A DNA stretch of 64,000 nucleotides from an uncultured Anaerolineales bacterium (lineage in GTDB: Bacteria > Chloroflexota > Anaerolineae > B4-G1 > SLSP01): contig CAZCTC010000010.1 of assembly GCA_964501335.1 (NCBI GenBank), positions 64,001 through 128,000 of the forward strand. The letters are read 5' to 3'. Of the stretch, positions 27,434-35,654 are shown piece after piece (within the stretch, counting starts at the first letter, position 1; every line of letters starts with the position of its first letter). The notes beneath the pieces are model-generated. The model did not search any database. It was given only the letters and a program-made list of their open reading frames with translations, and was not told the DNA's origin. The position numbers and the translations under genes were made by a program.

Positions 27434-27703
27434 ATGATAAAAAAGCGGAGTAACAAAATCTCCGGGGGGCCGCGCCGGAAGCCGGGGGCGGATTTTTTGG
27501 TCCAGATGTTTCAGGAGTTACACGATGCTGAGGTACGTTCTACTCCGGATTTGAGCATCTGTTACGAGATCCAGGCTGTGGAACCTGATCCGGTAACCGG
27601 GGCAGCTCAACCGGAGAAATCCCGGCAGCTTTTGCGAAGCCGGTTGGTCAAAACCAACCGCTTTCCTGCCGGTGTGGAGGGTGAGTTGGGGGAGGAACGA
27701 TGA
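27434..27703 (+). CDS. sixth family member: no signal peptide, degenerate C-terminal motif, translationally coupled to the radical SAM gene
   Basis: 89 aa. Motif SICYEIQAV is related to the type B SCYIVIDV. C-terminus LLRSRLVKTNRFPAGVEGELGE. Its stop overlaps the rSAM start (ATGA). Confidence 0.5.
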   Translation: MIKKRSNKISGGPRRKPGADFLVQMFQELHDAEVRSTPDLSICYEIQAVEPDPVTGAAQPEKSRQLLRSRLVKTNRFPAGVEGELGEER

Positions 27704-28815
27704 AAAGAAAAGAAGGAAAGCGGACCTGGCTTTCGCGGTGGCGGCAGGTGCTGGCTCAGGTAGAGATGCGGCAGGCGCAAAAGAGAGAGCCGGAACGGGC
27801 TTCTTATTTTATTCTGGAGTTGACGGCGCGTTGTAACCAGGATTGCCGGTATTGTTATAATGTCTGGAAGGCGCGCGAGGGGATGGTCCAACGGGAGATG
27901 ACGACCGAAGAGTGGTGCACGTTGATCGGTCGGTTACAGGACGAGATGGGCTGTCGGCAGGTGACTTTTTCGGGCGGGGAGCCGCTGCTGCGAGAGGATT
28001 TCCGTGAGATCCTGGCCTTCTGTCACCGGCGAGGGTTGGAGAGTATTGTGATTAGCAATGGCCGGTATCTGGACCAGGAGATGCTGGAATTCTGTCTGGC
28101 CCACGGGGTGAAGATGTTTGAAGTGACGCTGCTGGGTTCCAATGCGGCGACCCATGACGGATTGACGCGGGTGCCGGGCAGTTGGGAGCGGGCTCTTTCC
28201 GCGATGACCCGGCTTTACAAGGCCGGGGCTACCTGGTGCGGTGTTTTTGTGGCGACGAGTGAAAATATCGGGCAGGTGCGGGAGACGGTGGAGATGATGA
28301 TTGCGCTGGGGGCGAAGGTCATTATGTTTAACCGGTTCAATCCTGGCGGAGAGGGGGCCCGGCATCGCGATTTGATGCCGGCACCGGATGATGTGCAGAA
28401 GGCGTTGCGGGTTGTGGATGAGCTGGCTGTGGCGTATAATTTCCCTGCAACGGCTTCGGTGCCGGTGATGCCCTGTCTGGTCGATCTACACGGCTTTCAA
28501 CGGGTGCAATTTGGGTTTTGTGCGGCGGGGCGGGCGGGTTCTTATCCCACCATCGGGCCGGATGGCCGGGTGCGCCCTTGCAATCACAGTGCGACCATTC
28601 TGGGGGATTTTCATCAACAGTCGATGCAGGAGATGTTGGAGGGGCCTGCGTTGCGGGCTTTTACGGCCGTGGTGCCTGAGGTTTGCCGGCCCTGTCCGGG
28701 GCTGGATCAATGCCGGGCGGGGTGCAGGGCGGCTGCAGAGGTCTGTTTTGGTTCATTGGAAGAGCCGGAACCCTGGTTGAAGGCTAATTTAGAGCGATTG
28801 CCGCCTATGGTTTAG
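27700..28815 (+). CDS. radical SAM enzyme with a C-terminal SPASM-type auxiliary Fe-S cluster domain (peptide/protein maturase type)
   Basis: CX3CX2C motif CNQDCRYC near the N-terminus. SAM-binding GGEPLL. C-terminal Cys-rich block CAAGRAG...CNHS...CRPCPGLDQCRAGCRAAA. 371 aa. Confidence 0.85.
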   Translation: MKRKEGKRTWLSRWRQVLAQVEMRQAQKREPERASYFILELTARCNQDCRYCYNVWKAREGMVQREMTTEEWCTLIGRLQDEMGCRQVTFSGGEPLLREDFREILAFCHRRGLESIVISNGRYLDQEMLEFCLAHGVKMFEVTLLGSNAATHDGLTRVPGSWERALSAMTRLYKAGATWCGVFVATSENIGQVRETVEMMIALGAKVIMFNRFNPGGEGARHRDLMPAPDDVQKALRVVDELAVAYNFPATASVPVMPCLVDLHGFQRVQFGFCAAGRAGSYPTIGPDGRVRPCNHSATILGDFHQQSMQEMLEGPALRAFTAVVPEVCRPCPGLDQCRAGCRAAAEVCFGSLEEPEPWLKANLERLPPMV

Positions 28816-28825
28816 GCACATTGAG

Positions 28826-29150
28826 GGATGAAAAAGGAATTTCACCACAGAGGCGCAGAGATCACAGAGAAGAAGAAGAGAGGAGATTTTCTGAAACGTA
28901 AAAAGTAATGATCTGTGGGTTTGGTGCAACGGTGAAGGGAGGGGGTAAGCGGATGTTGCCGGGATGCTTTTGGAAAAAGCCATGTTTTTGCGCGCATTCT
29001 GATGCGCGCAAAAACATAAATAAAAAACTCTCTCTGCCTATCCAGCGCGGCGTATTGTAAGGGGAGAGTGCCATTTACGGGTGAGGAGGATTTTTCCAGA
29101 CAGGTGTAACGCACTCGGATCTTGCAATGATGGGCGGTTTGCCTTCAGAT
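28826..29150. repeat. dispersed intergenic repeat element, copy B (left arm, hairpin 28982-29017, right arm)
   Basis: Left arm ggatgaaaaaggaatttcaccacagaggcgcagagatcacagagaagaagaagagaggagattttctgaa matches 6995-7062. Hairpin atgtttttgcgcgc-attctgat-gcgcgcaaaaacat. Right arm aaataaaaaactctctctgcctatccagcgcgg. Confidence 0.8.
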
Positions 29151-29238
29151 TGGTCCGTTTGAATCGATGGTTCTATGGATAGAAAGTGCGTCGCACCTTA
29201 AGGTGGGTTATTTTCAGGACAGAATTTGAGGAGGCGTT

Positions 29239-30093
29239 ATGTTGTTAACCGATTTTATCCATCGTCAGGCTGTTCCTGAGCCATGGGCGGAGGGGGAGAA
29301 GATCCCCTGGAACGATCCGGAATTCAGCCGGCGGATGTTATTGGAGCATCTTTCGCAGGCCCATGATGCTGCCAGCCGGCGTTTCGAGCGGATTGAGCGG
29401 CATGTGGCCTGGATCCAAAGGGTATTGTTGAAGGGGCAATCGGCGCGGATTTTGGATCTGGGATGCGGTCCGGGATTTTATTCTAACCGACTGGCGCGGC
29501 TGGGAAATCAATGTGTGGGGATCGATTTTTCTCCGGCTTCGGTCGAATATGCGCGAGAGCTGGCCGGGGCCGATCAGCTGGATTGTACTTTTATAGAAGG
29601 GGATATTCGGAAGGTGGCGTATGGTGGGGACTATGATTTGGCCATGTTGATTTATGGCGAGTTCAACGTTTTCAAGCCGGCGGAGGCGGAATCCATTTTG
29701 CACAAGGCGTGGGCGGCGTTGAAGCCGGGAGGAATTTTATTGTTGGAACCTTCGACCTATGCCTGTATCCAGGAATTGGGGCAGCGGCCTCCGGAATGGT
29801 ACAGTGCCGATGGTGGGTTATTTTCCGAGCGGCCGCATTTATGCTTGATGGAAAATTTCTGGGATGAAGAGTGCAACGTGACGACGGAGCGATATTGGAT
29901 TGTAGATGCGGAGACGGGGAGTGTGACCCGGCATGCTTCGAGTTCCCAGGCGTACAGCGATGCCCAATTTCAGGCGCTGCTGGAGCGCTGTGGTTTTGAG
30001 GGGGTGACCTTTTATCCTTCTTTAATGGGGGAGGTCGATCCTGAGCAACGGCATCTTATGGCGGTGATGGGATGGAAAGGACAATCTGAATGA
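29239..30093 (+). CDS. class I SAM-dependent methyltransferase
   Basis: Motif I ILDLGCGPGFYS. Acidic motif II IDFS. Motif LKPGGILLLE. Confidence 0.8.
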   Translation: MLLTDFIHRQAVPEPWAEGEKIPWNDPEFSRRMLLEHLSQAHDAASRRFERIERHVAWIQRVLLKGQSARILDLGCGPGFYSNRLARLGNQCVGIDFSPASVEYARELAGADQLDCTFIEGDIRKVAYGGDYDLAMLIYGEFNVFKPAEAESILHKAWAALKPGGILLLEPSTYACIQELGQRPPEWYSADGGLFSERPHLCLMENFWDEECNVTTERYWIVDAETGSVTRHASSSQAYSDAQFQALLERCGFEGVTFYPSLMGEVDPEQRHLMAVMGWKGQSE

Positions 30094-30974
30094 AGTCGCG
30101 TGTTTATGCTGCCTCTGATTATCCGGCTTTACTACATCTATTGGGGCAGTGTGAGATGTTTACCCAGTGGACCTTCAATCCCAATGAGGTTCCCGAGAAC
30201 CCGGCTTTTACCCGTTTGTGGGAGGATGAGGCCGGGAAATTGTTGGCGGCGGCGTTTTTGCATTATCATTCCAAAGCGGAGAATGCGCGGGCTTATCTGA
30301 CGTGGGCGGTGTTGCCCGCGTGGCGGGCGGTATTGTTGCGGCAGTTGCTCGAATGGGCGATGGAGAACCGGCAGAAGTTCAATCCTATGGCTACTGTGGG
30401 GTGTAGGGCCCAGGCGGACGACGAGGCGACGGCGGCATTTTTAACGGAAGTTGGTTTTATGCCGCATCCGGAGTTGATCACTTCGTTTATGGGGCGACCC
30501 TGTGGTGGGGACCTGGAAATTCCGGCCTTACCTGCGGGCTATCAGCTGCGGCCGTTCCAGCCGGCGGATATGGCGGCTTGGCTGGCGGTGTGGAGTCAGA
30601 CTCAAAGCCATGCTTTGACTCCAGATGAACGGATGGGGTGGTTGAATTATCCTTCTTATCGACCTGAACTGGATTGGGTGATCGAGACTCCGGACGGTGG
30701 GGTGGGAGGGTATGGAGTCGGAAACCTCTTTTTAGATGAAGGGGATAGGGTCGGGCCCGATTCCGCCTGGATTTTGTGGTTGGGGGTGGATTCCGGGGTG
30801 CGGCGGCAGGGATTGGCCCAGATCCTGCTTGGGCAGTTGTTGAAGGAATTCGAGGCTATGGACTGTGAGCGGGTGATTCTCAATGTGATGTCGAGCAATG
30901 AACCGGCCATCCGGTTGTATGAAAAATTGGGGTTTACCACGTTGTGGCAGAGTATGTATTTTTCCTGCTCTTGA
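30090..30974 (+). CDS. GNAT-family N-acetyltransferase (probably a tandem GNAT fold)
   Basis: Acetyl-CoA-binding motif RRQGLAQILLGQLL...RLYEKLGF. Start overlaps the methyltransferase stop by 4 nt. Confidence 0.7.
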   Translation: MKSRVYAASDYPALLHLLGQCEMFTQWTFNPNEVPENPAFTRLWEDEAGKLLAAAFLHYHSKAENARAYLTWAVLPAWRAVLLRQLLEWAMENRQKFNPMATVGCRAQADDEATAAFLTEVGFMPHPELITSFMGRPCGGDLEIPALPAGYQLRPFQPADMAAWLAVWSQTQSHALTPDERMGWLNYPSYRPELDWVIETPDGGVGGYGVGNLFLDEGDRVGPDSAWILWLGVDSGVRRQGLAQILLGQLLKEFEAMDCERVILNVMSSNEPAIRLYEKLGFTTLWQSMYFSCS

Positions 30975-31002
30975 TGGAATAAGCAGGTGTGGGGAATGAG
31001 GA

Positions 31003-31036
31003 GCGCGTTGCCTTTCAGGAGGGCAACGCGCTTTTT
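31003..31036 (+). terminator. rho-independent terminator after the GNAT gene
   Basis: gcgcgttgcc-tttcaggag-ggcaacgcgc followed by tttttgtttc. Confidence 0.6.
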
Positions 31037-31046
31037 GTTTCTGTGC

Positions 31047-31074
31047 ATTGACAAACTTTGGTTCGCTTTTATAA
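31047..31074 (+). promoter_or_regulatory. consensus sigma-70 promoter (TTGACA - 16 nt - TATAAT) upstream of the marR-family gene, overlapped by an AGTTAG inverted repeat
   Basis: ttgaca at 31047-31052, tataat at 31069-31074. tagttagacaaactaac follows at 31076-31092. Confidence 0.6.
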
Positions 31075-31106
31075 TTTAGTTAGACAAACTAACAAGGTGC
31101 GGCGAA

Positions 31107-31538
31107 ATGGAATTTGAATTGCTGTTGTTGGAATTGAACGAAATTATCCACAATTTGCTTCGTCAGTATAAAGAAGGGGTGATCGGCGGGGAGGGATTTG
31201 GAGATATTACAACCAGTGAATTGCTTTATGTAGAAGCCATTCACCGATTGGAAAGGCCGACCGTGACCGAGCTGGCGGTGCATCTTAAGGTTTCTAAAGC
31301 TTCTACGACGCTGGCTGTGCAAAAGTTGATCAAGAAGGGAATTGTTGAAAAAACTCCATCGACAGATGATAAACGGAGTTTCACCATTACCTTATCAGGA
31401 CGGGGGGCCGGATTGATTGAAGCCGAGATGAAAGCCTTGCAGGATGTTACGGGGAGTATTCGAATTTTGTTAAACACCGAAGAGATCGAACTGACCACCA
31501 CAGTATTGCGAAAGATTATAGCTCATTATCGCCGTTAA
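31107..31538 (+). CDS. MarR-family transcriptional regulator
   Basis: 143 aa. Winged-HTH motif TVTELAVHLKVSKASTTLAVQKLIKKGIVEK. Confidence 0.8.
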   Translation: MEFELLLLELNEIIHNLLRQYKEGVIGGEGFGDITTSELLYVEAIHRLERPTVTELAVHLKVSKASTTLAVQKLIKKGIVEKTPSTDDKRSFTITLSGRGAGLIEAEMKALQDVTGSIRILLNTEEIELTTTVLRKIIAHYRR

Positions 31539-31638
31539 AGGCTGGATTTGAGTGCGGAAGTTGCATTCAAATCCAGTTTTTTATCTTGAAAAAAGTTAGT
31601 TAGTTTAACAAATTAAAAAATGAAAGGGGGATAAGCAG

Positions 31639-32037
31639 ATGAAAAACGGTAAGCTGTTGTTAAGGGTGACTTTCTGGTGGGGGCTGATCGCGGATGCGGT
31701 TGAGACGATTCGTATGTTGGCTCCAGAGCTGATGAAATCTACGACGGGACTGACTTTGCCGGTAGACAGTGGGTTGCAGTTTGGGTTGCTTTATGGAATG
31801 CCGGTGATGTTAGGATGGACACTTATTCTGTTCTGGGCCGATCGTAAACCCCTGGAGCGGAGAGGGTTGTTGCTTTGCCTTATTCCCGTTGTGCTTTCCT
31901 ATATTGGTGTGGAGCTGTTTGCCATTGCGCAGGGATGGCTGCCCGTGCAGACCATGATTTTTCCATTCTTTTCGGAAGCGGTTCTTTTGGGGTTAAGCCT
32001 GGTTTCGTATTATATGACCGGTAAAGCGGGTGACTGA
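31639..32037 (+). CDS. hypothetical membrane protein (4 TM helices)
   Basis: 132 aa and hydrophobic. RBS-like aagggggat upstream. Confidence 0.5.
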   Translation: MKNGKLLLRVTFWWGLIADAVETIRMLAPELMKSTTGLTLPVDSGLQFGLLYGMPVMLGWTLILFWADRKPLERRGLLLCLIPVVLSYIGVELFAIAQGWLPVQTMIFPFFSEAVLLGLSLVSYYMTGKAGD

Positions 32038-32074
32038 GAAGGCGGCACTCTTAAGTTCGAGGGCGTCGCCGGGA

Positions 32075-32180
32075 CGGTTCTGGAAAAAGCCATGTTTTGG
32101 TGCGCCTTCTGAGGCGCACCAAAACATCAACAAAAAAATGCTCTCCTTCCATCCTGTGATGTGCTTCTTACGAGAAAAGT
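32075..32180. repeat. dispersed intergenic repeat element, copy C (hairpin 32092-32127)
   Basis: ggttctggaaaaagcc-atgttttggtgcgcc-ttctga-ggcgcaccaaaacat-caacaaaaaaatgctctcc... Confidence 0.75.
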
Positions 32181-32181
32181 G

Positions 32182-32679
32182 TCAGGGGATGGGGGGGCAA
32201 TAACGATCCCAGTTTTGGAGCAGGTAGCCCCGAATGCCGGTTTTAGGATTGTAAGTAGGGTAACGTTGTTTGAACTGCAGCTCGGCTTCCGGGACGGTGG
32301 CGGCAGTGATCGCGCCGCAATAGACGAGGTAGAGCAGGGCAATGGAGGGCGAGCGGGATTCGCCCTGATTGCAGTGGACCAGAACTTTATGTCCTTCGGT
32401 CAGGCCGGCGTGGATAAATTCCAGGGCGGCATCGATGACTGCGGCATGGAAATATTTGGGATCATCGGCATCGACCAGATTGAGGATCAGCCGGTTATCC
32501 CGGTAGGCCAGATAGTATTCCGGGTGATTTTTATCGGCGGCGGAGCCTTTGTAGCCCAGCGCCTGGCGGTGATAGGGTTCCTTGCAGGCCTGGACGACTT
32601 TCCAGCCGGGCTGACCGGCGACCTCTTGTTCGTAAGCTTCCTGATTCCCCACATAGAGATTGGGATAGATCTCGATCAT
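32182..32679 (-). CDS. dual-specificity / protein-tyrosine phosphatase
   Basis: P-loop CX5R motif VHCNQGESRS. Confidence 0.8.
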   Translation of the reverse strand: MIEIYPNLYVGNQEAYEQEVAGQPGWKVVQACKEPYHRQALGYKGSAADKNHPEYYLAYRDNRLILNLVDADDPKYFHAAVIDAALEFIHAGLTEGHKVLVHCNQGESRSPSIALLYLVYCGAITAATVPEAELQFKQRYPTYNPKTGIRGYLLQNWDRYCPPIP

Positions 32680-32901
32680 GGATGCTCCTTATCGTATTTG
32701 AGAATGAAGGCCATCATTATAGGCGTAAACAGAAATAAGCCCATATTTTCCGGGCTGACGGCGCAGGTTGGAATTTCTTAAAAAAAGAAAATTGCTTCTG
32801 AAATCGTGAACATTTTGGGGAGTGGTCTCGTGTAATGAATAAGTCGCAGCTACAACGCCCCAAGATTTAGTAGCGAAATCAGTTAGTTAATAAGGAGGAT
32901 T

Positions 32902-34515
32902 GTGATGAACGCTTTTACACGGATGTTAAGTGGAGGAGTGATTTTAGGAACGCTGTTCCTGACGGCCTGTGGTACCCCTGTTCCTACCGGGGCTCCGACT
33001 CAAGAAATGCGGCTTGAGTCAGCAGCTACGGAAGAAGCCACGGAGGCGCCTTATGATTATGCGCCCGCAGCGACTGCGGCGCCCGCGTTTGACGAGGCGC
33101 TTGGGGGACCTTCGACCGGAGGATCGGCCGAACCGAACGATCAACCTTACGGCGATGTTTTCTTTGAGAACTATGGGGTCAATCCGGTCATCGACACGGA
33201 AGATGATCATTTTTCGACCTTTGCCGTGGATGTGGACACGGCTTCTTACACGGTAATGCGCCGCTATCTGGCCGACGGCAATCTGCCGGACAAAGACTCG
33301 GTGCGGGTCGAGGAATACATCAATTTCTTCGATCAGGAATATACGCCCCCAACGGAAGGCGCTTTTGCCATCCATCTGGAAGGATCGCCGGCGCCTTACG
33401 GTGAGAACAATTACTATCTGGTGCGGGTGGGGTTGAAGGGTTATGAAGTTCCGGCTGAAGAGCGGAAGCCGGTGGTACTCACCTTTGTGATCGATGTTTC
33501 CGGGTCGATGGGAGAAGGAAACCGGCTGGCATTGGTTAAGCAGGCTTTGCAACTGCTGGTGCAGAACCTTCGCCCTACGGATAAAGTTGCCGTCGTGGTG
33601 TACGGCGATGTGGCGCATGTGGTGCTGGAACATACCCCCGTTTCGGAATCCAACACCATTTTGCAGGCGATCAATCGTTTGCAGACCGAAGGGGCTACCA
33701 ATGCTGAGGATGGGCTGAAATTGGGTTATCAACTTGCAGATCAGGCTTTTGAAGATGGTGCCATCAACCGGGTGATCCTCTGCTCGGATGGGGTAGCCAA
33801 TGTAGGAAATACGGGGCCCGATTCTATTTTGCAGCAGATTCGCCGCTATGCCGACAATGGTATTTTTATGACGACCGTGGGCTTTGGGATGGGGAATTAC
33901 AACGATGTGCTGATGGAGCAACTGGCCGATGACGGCGACGGTTTTTACGCTTATGTGGACGATATCAAAGAGGCCGAGCGGGTCTTTGTGAACGATTTGA
34001 CTTCATCGTTACAGGTGATCGCCAAGGATGCCAAAATCCAGGTCGATTTCAATCCCCAGGTGGTGGCTCGTTATCGGCTGATCGGTTATGAGAATCGGGA
34101 TGTGGCCGATGAAGATTTCCGCAACGACAATGTGGATGCGGGTGAGATCGGGGTCGGGCACAGCGTCACGGCGCTTTATGAGGTGAAATTCCAGCGGGAG
34201 ATCGATCCTCAGGCGACGGCGATGACCGTGGCGGTGCGGTATGCCGATCCCGACAGCGGGAATGTGACAGAGATTTCCCGTTCGATCGCTCAGGCCGATC
34301 TGGCAACTGCTTTTGAGGCGACCTCGCCGCGGTTCCAGTTGGATGCGGTGGCGGCTGAATATGCGGAGATTTTGCGGGAGAGTTACTGGGCGCGCGGTTC
34401 AACGTTAGAAGCCCTGGTTTCTCAAGCGCGGCGGATTGCCGATGCTTTGCCGCAAGATGCAGAGGTGCGGGAATTTGCGGATCTGGTAGCCCGAGCCGCT
34501 CAGTTGCGGAGATAA
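32902..34515 (+). CDS. vWA-domain lipoprotein (YfbK-like architecture)
   Basis: Lipobox LTACG. MIDAS motif VLTFVIDVSGSMGEG, followed by CSDGVANVG. 537 aa. Confidence 0.8.
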   Translation: MMNAFTRMLSGGVILGTLFLTACGTPVPTGAPTQEMRLESAATEEATEAPYDYAPAATAAPAFDEALGGPSTGGSAEPNDQPYGDVFFENYGVNPVIDTEDDHFSTFAVDVDTASYTVMRRYLADGNLPDKDSVRVEEYINFFDQEYTPPTEGAFAIHLEGSPAPYGENNYYLVRVGLKGYEVPAEERKPVVLTFVIDVSGSMGEGNRLALVKQALQLLVQNLRPTDKVAVVVYGDVAHVVLEHTPVSESNTILQAINRLQTEGATNAEDGLKLGYQLADQAFEDGAINRVILCSDGVANVGNTGPDSILQQIRRYADNGIFMTTVGFGMGNYNDVLMEQLADDGDGFYAYVDDIKEAERVFVNDLTSSLQVIAKDAKIQVDFNPQVVARYRLIGYENRDVADEDFRNDNVDAGEIGVGHSVTALYEVKFQREIDPQATAMTVAVRYADPDSGNVTEISRSIAQADLATAFEATSPRFQLDAVAAEYAEILRESYWARGSTLEALVSQARRIADALPQDAEVREFADLVARAAQLRR

Positions 34516-34534
34516 GAGCGACTTTTCCATAGGG

Positions 34535-34568
34535 ATTGGGCGCGCCTTTTTAAAAGGCGCGCCCAATC
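34535..34568. terminator. perfectly palindromic, bidirectional terminator-like hairpin
   Basis: gattgggcgcgcc-tttttaaaaa-ggcgcgcccaatc. Confidence 0.55.
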
Positions 34569-34637
34569 TGCGTTTCTGGGATTTGTCTGACTCCGGGGTA
34601 TAATGCGAATCGAATTTTGAACAAAGGAGGCTAGAGG

Positions 34638-35654
34638 ATGCACATCATTTATACAGAACGGCATCGACTCCATGCGACGGAGGATGTCTGGTATGAAGGG
34701 CATCCTCTGATAGTCGAAGAGGTCCCGGCGCGGGTGGAGAATATTTTGACAGCGGTGCAGGCGGGGGGGCTGGGACCGGTCATCCCGGCGGAGGACCACG
34801 GCCTTGAGCCGGTGCTGGCCGTTCACGACGAAGGGATGGTGCAATATCTTCAATCAGCTTATGCTGAAAACCTGGCCTATTTCGGCAAGGCGGAACCTGT
34901 CTTACCGGGAACCTTTGCGATGCGTTATACCGGTTCTCGTCCCAAAGGTTTTTTAGGGCAATTGGGATATTATGCTTTTGGAATTGGGACCCCCATACTG
35001 GAACAGACATGGGAAGCGGCGTACTGGAGTGCTCAAAGTGCTTTAACGGCGGCTGACCGGGTATTGGCCGGGGAACGGGTCACTTATGCGCTTTGTCGTC
35101 CGCCGGGACACCATGCTGCTCAGGATTTATATGGGGGGTTTTGCTATCTGAACAACGTAGCCATCGCGGCGCGGCGGTTGCAGCGTGAGGGGAAGGTAGC
35201 GATTCTGGATATCGATTACCATCACGGCAACGGGACCCAATCCATTTTTTATTCAGATCCGACCGTGTTGTTTTGTTCTTTACATGCCGACCCTGAGGAG
35301 AATTATCCTTTTTATTGGGGAAATCCTCAGGAACGAGGCTGTGGAGCGGGAGAAGGGTTCAATTATAACTGGATCGTGCCGCAGCTGGCGGATGATTTCA
35401 TTTATCTTCGGATTTTGGAACAGGCCCTGGGTAAAATTCAGGAGTTCAAACCGACGGTGTTACTGGTTTCGACCGGGTTTGATACGGCAGTGGGCGATGA
35501 AGTGGGGGGATTTTGTGTGACAGGGGATGGTTTTCGATCCATTGGACGGGCTATTGCCGGGTTAGGATTGCCGATTGTTTTGGTTCAAGAGGGCGGATAT
35601 CGACTGGATACCCTGGGGGAAAACGCTGTGGCATTTTTGGAGGCTTTTGAATGA
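34638..35654 (+). CDS. histone-deacetylase-family (arginase/deacetylase fold) protein, AcuC / acetylpolyamine amidohydrolase-like
   Basis: Motifs CRPPGHHA and DIDYHHGNGTQ. Confidence 0.85.
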   Translation: MHIIYTERHRLHATEDVWYEGHPLIVEEVPARVENILTAVQAGGLGPVIPAEDHGLEPVLAVHDEGMVQYLQSAYAENLAYFGKAEPVLPGTFAMRYTGSRPKGFLGQLGYYAFGIGTPILEQTWEAAYWSAQSALTAADRVLAGERVTYALCRPPGHHAAQDLYGGFCYLNNVAIAARRLQREGKVAILDIDYHHGNGTQSIFYSDPTVLFCSLHADPEENYPFYWGNPQERGCGAGEGFNYNWIVPQLADDFIYLRILEQALGKIQEFKPTVLLVSTGFDTAVGDEVGGFCVTGDGFRSIGRAIAGLGLPIVLVQEGGYRLDTLGENAVAFLEAFE

